NCBI GenBank assembly: GCA_963817955.1
Contig: CAWFQK010000002.1
Location: forward strand, 160,001-224,000
Reading direction: 5' to 3'
Source: an uncultured Gemmatimonadaceae bacterium
Lineage (GTDB): Bacteria > Gemmatimonadota > Gemmatimonadetes > Gemmatimonadales > Gemmatimonadaceae
DNA: 64,000 nt
A program made the translations under genes and the position numbers. The notes beneath the pieces were generated by a model, which saw only the letters and a list, made by a program, of their open reading frames with translations, was not told the origin of the DNA and did not search any database. Positions within the stretch are counted from its first letter, which is position 1, and each line of letters opens with the position of its first letter. Below, one piece after another: positions 29,676 through 40,810 of the stretch.

Positions 29676-31477
29676 CAGGCGATGTGGCGACTGCGCGCCC
29701 CAATCACGATCGCTTCAACGACCAACATTATGAGTGCGAGGATCAAGGCAAGTTCGATGAGGGATCGGCGGCCGGCGGCGCGGAACGCCATCGACACCCA
29801 AGAGGCCGCGTCGGATGTAACAACCGTCTGCCGGGTCGGAATGCGCGCACGCAACTCGTTGGCGGTATACCGCTCGAGCAGCGATTCGTCGGGCGGGGGA
29901 TTCACCACCACCGCACCAACGCGCCGTCCGGCATTCGTAAGAAAGTACGTGCCGGCGCGCGCCGGCACGTCGAGCGATTCGCCCAGAGGATTCCGCTGCC
30001 CGTCGGGTTCTTCCAGTGCGTCGGCCCACCGAGGACGCGTGAGCGATGCGCCAGGCACGGCGGCGATCACCTGCCCCGGATCGCCGACGAGCCGCTCGGT
30101 AATCATGGCGGCAAGCCAGGGAACGAAATTCGCCCGCACGGGCAGATCCGTCGCGTCGGGAACGAGTGGCGAGGCGACGAGCACGTATTTCGGGCCGGCG
30201 ACAACCCATGGATCCTGTCCAGCCACCGCCAGCGTCTCGGCGGCGGCTCCTGACTGTGGCACGAGGTCGTAGCGGGCCGATACCGTGACATCGTCCACCC
30301 CTGGTCCGCGCACCGAGGATTGGCCGGCGCGGGACTCGCCGAAGCGCCAGGGCACGCCGGCACGCTCCAGCGCGCGATTCGCTGCACCGAGTCGGACCGG
30401 GTCTGCCGGCGCGGTGATCAGCGCCGGAAGCGACGACAGATCGTCCCCGGTCGTTATGGCAATGTCGTGTCCCTCCACGACGCGCTCGCTCGACCGCAAC
30501 ACGTCGAGGGCGTTCTTCACGAATGGACCGGCGCTCGGCGACGCAGCCACGGCAGGAGCGGGACCGATCCACACCGCAAAGTACCGTACGTTGTCGCCGG
30601 GCAGCTCATCCGGCTCGATCTCTACGGTGCCGCCGACCCAACCGCGCTCCGGCGGAGCGGCGCGCACGACGACTTCCTCGTTGGGCGCAGCCGTCCCGCG
30701 CGCGAACGTCCGCCCGCCGAAGGTGATACGATAGGTCGTGGAATCGCGTGACAGGAAACGCGTCGCCACGGTGCCACCTGGCGTCCAGCGCGCGGGACGA
30801 CCCTCGGCGAGCAGCACGGCGCGATTCACTGGCGGCGCAACCGTTGGCGCGTAGAGGAGCAGGTGCGCGTCGGCAATGGCCGGCGCGTGTCGCCATTCGG
30901 TGCGTTGGCCATCGGTGAGCAGCGCCAGCTGCCGTGCGTCGAGCCCAGCGCCGCGCACCAGGGTGGCGGCGCGCGTCAGCGCGGCGGCCGGGTCACCGGC
31001 GCCGGCAAGCGGCTCGATGTGTGTGATCTCATCGCGGAGCATTGCCGCGCTGCCTCCGCGCGCGCGTCCGTCAATCGTCACGAGCCAGAGTCGGTCGGCG
31101 GACGTCGCGTGAGCGACGGCGTCGCGCGCCATCGACTTGAATTGGTCGAGCAGCGGGCGGCCGTTCACCATGACGGACGTGCTGAGGGAGTTGTCGATGA
31201 CGATGGCGAGCGCGGTGGGCGCGTGTCCCGAGCCCATCCAGCGGGCCACGGGGCGCGCGGCGGCGATGGCGATGGCCAGGAGCGCGAGCACGCGAAGCAA
31301 CATCAACAGGAGATTTCTAATGCGCAGCGTGCGGCTGTGCTCCTGTTCGGCGCGCGCCAGATAGCGCGCGGCCGGAAACTCCACCCGCACCCCGATACGC
31401 CGGCGCATCAGGTGAATGAGCAGGGGCACGGCGACGGCGCCGGCGAGCAGCAGGTAGAGGGGCGCGAGAAAGCTCAC
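29675..31477 (-). CDS. BatA N-terminal plus vWA-domain membrane protein
   Basis: MSFLAPLYL...PLLIHL...FPA...LLLMLLR...ARP followed by the MIDAS-like DNSLS. Confidence 0.88.
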   Translation of the reverse strand: MSFLAPLYLLLAGAVAVPLLIHLMRRRIGVRVEFPAARYLARAEQEHSRTLRIRNLLLMLLRVLALLAIAIAAARPVARWMGSGHAPTALAIVIDNSLSTSVMVNGRPLLDQFKSMARDAVAHATSADRLWLVTIDGRARGGSAAMLRDEITHIEPLAGAGDPAAALTRAATLVRGAGLDARQLALLTDGQRTEWRHAPAIADAHLLLYAPTVAPPVNRAVLLAEGRPARWTPGGTVATRFLSRDSTTYRITFGGRTFARGTAAPNEEVVVRAAPPERGWVGGTVEIEPDELPGDNVRYFAVWIGPAPAVAASPSAGPFVKNALDVLRSSERVVEGHDIAITTGDDLSSLPALITAPADPVRLGAANRALERAGVPWRFGESRAGQSSVRGPGVDDVTVSARYDLVPQSGAAAETLAVAGQDPWVVAGPKYVLVASPLVPDATDLPVRANFVPWLAAMITERLVGDPGQVIAAVPGASLTRPRWADALEEPDGQRNPLGESLDVPARAGTYFLTNAGRRVGAVVVNPPPDESLLERYTANELRARIPTRQTVVTSDAASWVSMAFRAAGRRSLIELALILALIMLVVEAIVIGARSRHIA

Positions 31478-32388
31478 GGCAGTTGCTGCCGGGCGGCGAA
31501 GGCGCGACGCAAGGGAATGCCGAACGGCGCGTCGGTCGCAACAACTTCATAGCCGATGCCGAGCGAACCGAACATCGTCCGCCACTCACCAATGACCTCC
31601 TCGACCGTCTTGCGGTACGCCACGCGGACGTCGGCGACACTCGCCGGCACGGCAAGTCGTGATTCGGGATCGACGAACAGCGCCTCCCCGCTCATCGAGA
31701 GCTCGCGCTCGGATGGATCCATGATATGCAGCACCGTTACGTCGTGTCCGGCGGCGCGCAGACCGCGCATCGCGTTCTCGACGTCGGGCATGTCCATCAG
31801 CAGATCCGAGATGAGAATGAGCAAGCCGCGACGGGTGATGAGCCGCGCCGCCTGGTGCAAGGCGTCGGGGGCGCTCGACACGCGTCCGGTGCCCGCCTCA
31901 CCGAGTGCGGCCACGATGCGCCGCCACTGCCCACCACGCGCACGCGGCGGAATCGCCGTCCGGACCGTTTCGTCGAACCGCACGAGTCCGACTGCGTCCC
32001 GCTGCCGCAGCAGGAGCAGGGTCAGCGCCGCGGTGAGCTGTTCGGCGTAGGCCAGCTTGCTCAGCCGGTCGCTGGCACCGCTCCAAGCCATGGACGTGCT
32101 GACGTCCAAGATGAGGCTGGCGCGGAGGTTCGTCTCCTCTTCGTACTGGCGCACCACCCAGCGGTCGGACCGCGCTACGATCTTCCAGTCGATATAGCGC
32201 AGGTCGTCGCCCACCTGATACGGTCGGTACTCGGCAAATTCCACCGAGAATCCCTTGCGAGGCGATCGGTGAAGGCCGGACATGAAGCCGTCCACGATCC
32301 ACCGGGCGACAATTTCCACGCGGCCCAGTGCCGCGAGGCTGGCTGGGTCGAACAGGTCAGCGCGGAGCGCACGGGGGGATGCTTCCAT
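31474..32388 (-). CDS. DUF58 domain protein
   Basis: GLHRSPRKGFSVEFAEYRPYQVGDDLRYIDWK, EEETN, DVSTSM, ISD. Confidence 0.93.
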   Translation of the reverse strand: MEASPRALRADLFDPASLAALGRVEIVARWIVDGFMSGLHRSPRKGFSVEFAEYRPYQVGDDLRYIDWKIVARSDRWVVRQYEEETNLRASLILDVSTSMAWSGASDRLSKLAYAEQLTAALTLLLLRQRDAVGLVRFDETVRTAIPPRARGGQWRRIVAALGEAGTGRVSSAPDALHQAARLITRRGLLILISDLLMDMPDVENAMRGLRAAGHDVTVLHIMDPSERELSMSGEALFVDPESRLAVPASVADVRVAYRKTVEEVIGEWRTMFGSLGIGYEVVATDAPFGIPLRRAFAARQQLP

Positions 32389-32584
32389 CGGGGGGGAAAC
32401 TTATCCAGTTTTGCGCCTGACCGGGGTTGCCGGCCCTGTAACCAGCAAACTTGCTCCGCGATCCGTAGTATTAAGCAATGGAGGCTGTCAGCCGGGATCC
32501 CGGACTTCGGGTACCGATACTCACTATTGACAGCCGGAAAGGCGTATGCCTATTTGTATACACCACTCTTCGGAGATGCGTGTC

Positions 32585-34018
32585 ATGTTGCGGCCTATGG
32601 GTTCGGTAGGATCCGCTCTTGGTGTTGTGCTCCTCGCGGGTGCCTGCGCCATACCGTCGCCGAGCGCCAGAATCTCGCGCTACGATGTGGCCCCATCTGC
32701 CCAGTCAGCGCGAACACTCAGCGCCACGTCGCGCGATTCCCTGTTCGCGCAGTCGCTGGCCGACCACGAAGGCCCCGGCGTGAGCGTCCGCGCAGAAATG
32801 TCGACCGTCTCCGATAGCCGTCGCGTACGCGCCCTATTTCACGCCGATGACGACGCGTACGTCATTGTTGGCCACATCGACGCCGACGGCATTCTTCGGA
32901 TCGTCTTCCCCAGTGATCCTCGCGACGACGGATTCGTACACGGCGACAAGACATATCGCACGCCGGAATTCGTGGCCGGATTTGCGTCGCAATACCGCTA
33001 TCGTGAGTCGTCCGGGCTCTTTCACTACACACAGGCGTCGTCCGACTCGTACGATGGCGGTCTTGGATATGTGTTCGTCATCGCGGCGTGGCGCCCCATG
33101 CGCTTCGATCGTTTCCAGACGGAGAACGCGTGGGACAGCTTCGAGCTGGCCGACGCCGACTACATGAAGGATCCGCGCCCGGCTATCTACGAACTGGCGT
33201 CGCTGCTCGCCGGCGACAATCGTGAAGCATACACGGTAAAATTCGCACGCTATTACAACACGCAGGACCTCTACGGCGGCTATAGCAGCTTTGCGTTCGG
33301 CAATGGCAGTGGATATTGCTCCGGCTATGAGCCGTTCGGCTTCGCCATGTCTCCACTGTCCGGCCGCTATGGCTTTTTCAACCCGGCGTATGCCTGGGGC
33401 TCTTCGTACTCCTACCGCGGAACGGCGTACTCCTACGACGCTGGCGGCGACTGCTATCGAACCGGCTACCCGACGGGCTACTACTACAGCGGCCTCACGC
33501 TGGCGACCGGGGCCCAGCCATTCACGCCACCCATGCGCAAGCGCGGGTTCGATCCGGAAGGCTACCGGACGCACCCCATCCCGCAGCAGGACGCCCCGCA
33601 CCGCATGACGGTCCAGGATAATGCACAGGACACAGGACCGTCGACAGCGCACTTCTCTCCGCAGTATCGCCAGCGTGGTTTGATCACTAGTGACGAGCCG
33701 TCGACGGGTCCCGCGCCTCGTCAGCCGCGCATCGAGGCGCAACCGGGGTCTCAGGAACGCGTGCGTCCGGCGATTCAGGAAATGACCAATCGCCGGGCTC
33801 AAATCGCGCACGAAGGCAGCATCGCCAATCGTCCGCGGGCAACGCCGGAAACGCGTACCGAAGCGAGGCCGCGGAGCGCGCCGGCACCGCGCGCCGAACC
33901 GGTCCACGTGTCGCCGCGGGTGTCCTCGCCTCCGCCCGCTCCAGCACCGCGCGCCGAACCCTCGCGTCCGGCGAAGCCTCCCGAGCGCGAACACAACAGC
34001 CGATCGAAGGGCCAGTAA
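32585..34018 (+). CDS. DUF4384-like domain secreted protein or lipoprotein with Tyr/Gly-rich middle and Pro/Arg-rich tail
   Basis: Signal ending [26 protein letters not shown]...DDGFV; start codon uncertain (32546-32597). Confidence 0.7.
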   Translation: MLRPMGSVGSALGVVLLAGACAIPSPSARISRYDVAPSAQSARTLSATSRDSLFAQSLADHEGPGVSVRAEMSTVSDSRRVRALFHADDDAYVIVGHIDADGILRIVFPSDPRDDGFVHGDKTYRTPEFVAGFASQYRYRESSGLFHYTQASSDSYDGGLGYVFVIAAWRPMRFDRFQTENAWDSFELADADYMKDPRPAIYELASLLAGDNREAYTVKFARYYNTQDLYGGYSSFAFGNGSGYCSGYEPFGFAMSPLSGRYGFFNPAYAWGSSYSYRGTAYSYDAGGDCYRTGYPTGYYYSGLTLATGAQPFTPPMRKRGFDPEGYRTHPIPQQDAPHRMTVQDNAQDTGPSTAHFSPQYRQRGLITSDEPSTGPAPRQPRIEAQPGSQERVRPAIQEMTNRRAQIAHEGSIANRPRATPETRTEARPRSAPAPRAEPVHVSPRVSSPPPAPAPRAEPSRPAKPPEREHNSRSKGQ

Positions 34019-34036
34019 CCATTGTTCCACACCTCA

Positions 34037-34070
34037 ACGCCGCGCACCCACGTGCGCGGCGTTTTCTTTT
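34037..34070 (+). terminator. Intrinsic terminator
   Basis: AACGCCGCGCAC-CCAC-GTGCGCGGCGTT followed by TTCTTTT. Confidence 0.85.
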
Positions 34071-34096
34071 GTCGGCCCGTGGCGCCACGCTATATT
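34069..34096 (+). promoter_or_regulatory. Sigma70-like promoter for lepA
   Basis: TTGTCG (34069-34074), 16-nt spacer, TATATT (34091-34096), about 50 nt before lepA. Confidence 0.55.
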
Positions 34097-34145
34097 CCGA
34101 TGGCACAAGAGGTTCCCCGTTGCCATTGCCCTCGCTGAGTTTGCT

Positions 34146-35955
<1,810 letters not shown>

Positions 35956-36024
35956 GGGGACGGGACACGGCACACGTGTCTCAAGCCCCATCCCGTATCG
36001 AACACACCAGCCACTAGTCCCACG

Positions 36025-37049
36025 TTGCCCTCGTCCCTCGTCGTCCAGACGTCGTTCCTCGGCGACATGGTGCTGACCACGCCGTTGTTCGCATATCTCG
36101 CGCGCTCAGGGCCGGTCGACGTCCTGTGCACTCCGACGGCGGGGCCGTTGCTCGAGAATCATCCCGCGGTGCGTCGTGTCATCCTGTACGACAAGCGCGG
36201 CGCGGATCGCGGCCTGCACGGGTTTCTCGGCATGGCAGCCAGGTTGAAGCAGCGAGGAGTACGCCGCCGCGTATTTCGCGCAGGGTTCTGTGCGCAGTGG
36301 CGCCCTTGCGACTGGCCGCCGGAATTCGCGAGCGCGTCGGGATTTGCATCGTCGGCCGGCCGCCGGTTCTACACGACGCGCATTCAATCGATCGAGAATA
36401 CTGCATCACGCCGCGCGACTGCTTTCGCTTGGGACACGCAATCCGCTGCAGAGCGTGCCTCGCGAGGCGCTGCGGCCGCGACTCTTCCCGGGCGAAGCCG
36501 AGCGCCGCGCCGTAGATGCACTGCTCGCGCGACGTCGGCGATCGTCCGTTGCTTCGCTCTCGCGCCCGGCAGCGTCTGGGCGACGAAACGGTGGCCGTAC
36601 TACGCCGAGTTCGGCACGTTTGCTTCAGCCCGACATGACAGTGGTCGTGATCGGCGCGGTTCGCCGATCGCGAACTGGCATTGCAGATCGTGACTGCCAC
36701 GGGCGGCCACGCGATCGACGCCACGGACCGCCTCTCGCTGCTCGCGTCGGCCGAGCTGATTGGGCGCGCAGCGGCGATCGTGACCAACGATTCGGCGCCG
36801 CTGCACCTTGCATCGCGCCATGGGCACGCCAACCGTCGCCGATCTTCGGACCGACCGTGCCGGAATTCGGATTCGGACCGCTCGCCGATTCGGCCGTGGT
36901 GGCGGCCAACGCGTCCCTCGCCTGCCGCCCCTGCGACCCTCACGGGCCGCAGCGCTGCCCGCTTGGGCCACTGGCGATGTATGCGCGAGATTACAGCAGA
37001 CGCGGCAGCCTCGCTCGTTCGCGAGCTTCTTTCTTCACGGAATTCGTGA
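36025..37049 (+). CDS. waaF: GT9 LPS heptosyltransferase II-like (apparent indels)
   Basis: [48 protein letters not shown] and CRPC...CPLG in shifting frames. Confidence 0.8.
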
Positions 37050-37051
37050 CC

Positions 37052-38062
37052 ATGCCCACGAAGAAGCGGAACCAGTACATCATTGGCGTTGACCTCGGCG
37101 GAACGAATATCGTCGTCGGGGCGATGTCGAGCGACGGAAAGCATCATCTCGCCGTGCGCACCATCTCGACGAGCGCCGAGTTGGGCGCCGAGGCCGTGGC
37201 GGACCGCATCGTCGGATTGATCGAAGGCGTCATCCTCGACACCATCGCCGACACGAAGGCGACGCGAAAGGACTTCATCGGCGTCGGCATCGGCGCACCT
37301 GGACCCCTCGACCGCGAGCAGGGAATTGTGATCGTCGCGCCGAATCTCGGCTGGCGGAACTTCCCGCTGCGCGATCGCATCGTCAAACGGTTGAATCTTC
37401 CCGCCACGCTCGACAACGACGCGAATTGCGCGACGGTCGGCGAATGGTGGCAGGGTGCGGCGAGCGGCGGCACGAACGTCATCGGCCTGACGATCGGCAC
37501 CGGGATTGGCGGCGGCCTGATCATCGACGGCAAGCTGTATCACGGCGCGTCCGACGTCGCTGGCGAGATCGGACACACCACCATCGATCTCAACGGGCCG
37601 CCACTGCAAGTGCGGCAACTACGGCTGCCTCGAGGCGTACGCCTCGGGTCCGGCCATCGCCGACCCGCGCGCGCGAGGTCGCTCGTCCGCGAAGAAGACC
37701 GCGTCGCTGCTGCCGTCGCTGGTCGACGGCCACCTCGACCGCATTACCGCGCAGACGGTCTACGAGGCGGCGCAGCAGGGCGATGCCGTCGCCAGCGAGA
37801 TCGTGCGCGACACCGCGCGCTACCTCGGCATGGGCGTTGCGAATCTGCTGAACATCTTCAACCCCGACGTCGTCGTCGTCGCTGGCGGCGTGACGCAGGC
37901 GGGCGACGCGCTGTTCGTGCCGCTACGCGCCGAGGTGCGGCGCCGGGCGTTCACGCCCAGCAGTGGAGGCGATGCGCATCGTGCCCGGGGATGCTGCCCG
38001 GAACTGCCGGCGTCGTCGGTGCCGTGGCGACTTTCAAGATGCAGTACCTCGGCGAGCTGTAA
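37052..38062 (+). CDS. ROK-family sugar kinase (glucokinase-like; apparent indels)
   Basis: GVDLGGTN, GIGAPGP, DNDANCA, TIGTGIGGG, AGEIGH, CKCGNYGCLEAYAS in the shifted frame, NIFNPD. Confidence 0.9.
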   Translation: MPTKKRNQYIIGVDLGGTNIVVGAMSSDGKHHLAVRTISTSAELGAEAVADRIVGLIEGVILDTIADTKATRKDFIGVGIGAPGPLDREQGIVIVAPNLGWRNFPLRDRIVKRLNLPATLDNDANCATVGEWWQGAASGGTNVIGLTIGTGIGGGLIIDGKLYHGASDVAGEIGHTTIDLNGPPLQVRQLRLPRGVRLGSGHRRPARARSLVREEDRVAAAVAGRRPPRPHYRADGLRGGAAGRCRRQRDRARHRALPRHGRCESAEHLQPRRRRRRWRRDAGGRRAVRAATRRGAAPGVHAQQWRRCASCPGMLPGTAGVVGAVATFKMQYLGEL

Positions 38063-38072
38063 CACGGCGTCC

Positions 38073-39053
38073 ATGCGTCGCAAACGCGTCGGCGTCATCG
38101 GCTCGTTGGTCTGGGACGTGATCTACGACCGCGAACCACGCTCGCTGCCCGTCGAGGAATGGGGCGGCATCACGCTACGCCTTGTCCGGCCTCGACGCGG
38201 CGCTCGACGACGACTGGGAAATCGTCCCGCTCATCAAGGTCGGGTACGACCTCGCGGCGCGCGCGCGCGCAGTTCATCTCGACCATCGAGCACATGGCGC
38301 CCGACGCGGCGCTCATCGAAGTGCCGTATCCGCAACAATCGCGTCGAGCTGCGCTACTACACCGACGAACGGCGGAGCGAGGTGCTCATCGGCGGGGTTC
38401 CCGGCTGGACCTGGCTCGGGCTCAAGCCGGTGCTCGAAACGGCGCGCCTCGATGCGCTGTACATCAACTTCCTCAGCGGCTGGGAACTCGACCTCGAGAC
38501 CATGCGCAGCTGCATTCGGCAGCAGTTCGCGGGGCCGATCTACTGCGATCTGCACATGCTCGCGTGGGCCGTGGAGCAGACCGGTTTGCGCACATTGCGG
38601 CCAATCTCGCAGGCGCGCGAGTGGTGCGAATGTTTTGACTTACTGCAGATGAACGAGGACGAGATGACCATGCTCGCGCCGGACCCCATGACACTCGCCG
38701 CGACAGCGTTGCATGCCGGCGTGTGGTGTCTCGTCGTCACGCTCGGCAAGCGCGGCGCTGTGTACTTCGCCGCACCAGACTTCAACTACCTGGCGGATGC
38801 GAAGGCGGAGCGATCGCTCGGCACTACCGTTGGACCGGTACGGACGGCGCTCGTGCCGCCAGTGGCGGAAGAAGTCGGCGACCCGACCGGGTGTGGCGAC
38901 GTGTGGGGCGCCACCTATTTCTCACGGCTGCTCGCGGGTGATAACTTAGACGCCGCGATGCGCACCGCGAACCGCGCCGCGGCGCGCAACATCGGGCATC
39001 GCGGAGCCACCGGCCTCGCAAATCATCTCAGGGGGAAGATCAGCCTCACGTGA
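38073..39053 (+). CDS. PfkB/ribokinase-family carbohydrate kinase (apparent indels near 38170-38335)
   Basis: VGVIGSLVWD, WGGI, QMNEDE, VTLGKRGA, DPTGCGDVWGA. Confidence 0.85.
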   Translation: MRRKRVGVIGSLVWDVIYDREPRSLPVEEWGGITLRLVRPRRGARRRLGNRPAHQGRVRPRGARARSSSRPSSTWRPTRRSSKCRIRNNRVELRYYTDERRSEVLIGGVPGWTWLGLKPVLETARLDALYINFLSGWELDLETMRSCIRQQFAGPIYCDLHMLAWAVEQTGLRTLRPISQAREWCECFDLLQMNEDEMTMLAPDPMTLAATALHAGVWCLVVTLGKRGAVYFAAPDFNYLADAKAERSLGTTVGPVRTALVPPVAEEVGDPTGCGDVWGATYFSRLLAGDNLDAAMRTANRAAARNIGHRGATGLANHLRGKISLT

Positions 39054-39943
39054 CGACTGTCATCACTGTTCCGCCCTCGCTCGACGATCACTCCTTCGAA
39101 CAGGTGCTGGAGCAGCTGGCGCCTCTTCCGCTGGACGCCAAGATCCTCGTTGACGCGCGGCATACACGCTGGGCGTCGCCCTACGGATTGACCGCGCTGC
39201 TCACGCTGGCTCAGACACGCACGGAACGGCCAGCCTTCGCTGTGCCGGAAATGGACGAGACGGCCTCGTATTGGGCGCGCGCCGCCTTCTTCCACCATGC
39301 CGAACAGCTCTACGACCTGCACGGCAGCTACCCCAAGCGACGCGAAGGCGACTCGAATTCGCTGCTCGACATCACACCGATCACGAAGAGCGATGACGTC
39401 CACAGTGTCGTCGGTCGGGTGCAGGAGCGCGCGCAACAGATCATCAAGACGGAGCTCAAGCTCGAATCGAAGGCGATCATCGGCTTCGCTATGACGTTGT
39501 CCGAGGTCTGCCAGAACATCATCGAACATGCCGGTCAAGGCGGCTGGGTGGCGGTGCAGAGTTACCGCTGGACCAAACGCCTTGGGCGCCGCGTTGTCGT
39601 CATTGCCGTCTGTGACGCCGGCCTCGGCTTTCGGAAGTCGCTCGAGAGCGCGCCGGGCCACATGCCAAACGCACGATGGGACGACGCCGCGGCACTCGAG
39701 GAGGCCGTGATCCGCGGCGTGAGCCGATTCCGCGACCGCAGCCGCGGCCAGGGACTGGCCGGCGCACGGAACTACGTCGGACGCTGGAACGGCAAGCTGT
39801 CGGCTCGCAGTGGCACAGCACGAATCTCGATCGTCCCGAGTTGGGACGACGATGTTCCGCTCGCGGAAGGGCTTGCGCCATTCCCTGGAGCTCAGGTTCA
39901 AGTCATCATTCCAGAGGCCGGCACCGGAGGCTCGGACCGATGA
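39050..39943 (+). CDS. STAS-like domain plus GHKL/HATPase_c (anti-sigma-kinase-like) protein
   Basis: N-box EVCQNIIEHA, G1 DAGLGF, G2 RGQGL, terminal FPGAQV; N-terminal ILVDARHTRWASPYGL; no HisKA domain visible. Confidence 0.8.
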   Translation: MTTVITVPPSLDDHSFEQVLEQLAPLPLDAKILVDARHTRWASPYGLTALLTLAQTRTERPAFAVPEMDETASYWARAAFFHHAEQLYDLHGSYPKRREGDSNSLLDITPITKSDDVHSVVGRVQERAQQIIKTELKLESKAIIGFAMTLSEVCQNIIEHAGQGGWVAVQSYRWTKRLGRRVVVIAVCDAGLGFRKSLESAPGHMPNARWDDAAALEEAVIRGVSRFRDRSRGQGLAGARNYVGRWNGKLSARSGTARISIVPSWDDDVPLAEGLAPFPGAQVQVIIPEAGTGGSDR

Positions 39944-40497
39944 TGAACCACATCGACGTCAGTACCGTGCTGCGTGAGACACTGGCGTGCGATTTGTATT
40001 CGAACCTCGTCACGCGCTCGACAGGTGCCGCGGTCCGGGGGCAGATCGAGCGGCTGCTGAGCACGTCGCGCGACCGCGCGCTCACGATCATCGACTTCAC
40101 CCAGGTGTCGATGATCGATATCTCCTGTGCCGATGAAGTCGTCGCCAAGCTGCTCATGCGTTACGCGTCGGACAACCCGCCGCAAGAGGTTTACTTCCTG
40201 TTCCGTGGCGTTACCGAACACCACTGGGACGCGATCGAGGCGGTGCTCGAACGCCACGGGCTGGCGCTGGCGGTCGAGCAGAACGACGGCGTGGTACTGA
40301 TGGGCGTGGTCAGTGACGACGAGCGCAGCGCGTGGACCGCCGCGTTCCGCGACGGCGGCGTCGATGCCGCAGTGGTCGCGAGCGAAACCGGCGGTGATAC
40401 CGGTGCGGTGCAGCGGGCGCTCGATGCACTCTGCCGCCGCCGGCTCATCATGCAGGTCGGTAGCCATTACATAGCGGTCGGCAGTAACCGTGGCTAA
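39940..40497 (+). CDS. STAS-like (DUF4325-like) domain plus C-terminal winged HTH
   Basis: LVTRSTGAAVR...IIDFTQVSMIDISCADEVV; C-terminal AAVVASETG...VQRALDALCRRRLI. ATG at 39940 overlaps the upstream TGA. Confidence 0.72.
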   Translation: MMNHIDVSTVLRETLACDLYSNLVTRSTGAAVRGQIERLLSTSRDRALTIIDFTQVSMIDISCADEVVAKLLMRYASDNPPQEVYFLFRGVTEHHWDAIEAVLERHGLALAVEQNDGVVLMGVVSDDERSAWTAAFRDGGVDAAVVASETGGDTGAVQRALDALCRRRLIMQVGSHYIAVGSNRG

Positions 40498-40801
40498 CGA
40501 AACATTCAATCAGCCGCTTCGCGTGGTCTCTCTCATCGCGACACACAGCGGCGATGCGGAGCGGGGACCACTCGTCACCATGAACCCGCAGGACGCCCGA
40601 TCGCGCTTGCTCACGGACGGCGAGCTGGCGTGGGTGTACGGCCCGCGGCGTCACGAACTGGCGACCGTGCGCATTGACCCGGGAACGCGCGAGGGCGACG
40701 TCGTCCTGCGAGACATCATTGGCGCGTCTCCATCGGAGATCGTGCGCGTCATCAAACCAGACTTCGACTCGCGCGGACGCCGCCCCACCGCGCTCGCCTG
40801 A
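40490..40801 (+). CDS. Stand-alone molybdopterin-dinucleotide-binding-like (double-psi barrel) protein
   Basis: MNPQDARSRLLTDGELAWVYGPR...ATVRIDPGTREGDV fits the MopB C-terminal pattern. Confidence 0.7.
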   Translation: MANETFNQPLRVVSLIATHSGDAERGPLVTMNPQDARSRLLTDGELAWVYGPRRHELATVRIDPGTREGDVVLRDIIGASPSEIVRVIKPDFDSRGRRPTALA

Positions 40802-40810
40802 GAGGCCATC

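Noticed and set aside
34023..34031. TGTTCCACA as a DnaA box or parS half-site
   Set aside because: Single mismatched copy with no cluster and no complete palindrome.
39050..40497. GHKL-STAS pair as a toxin or defence cassette
   Set aside because: No PIN, PRTase or nuclease effector follows, and it is embedded among core genes; kept only as a regulatory hypothesis.
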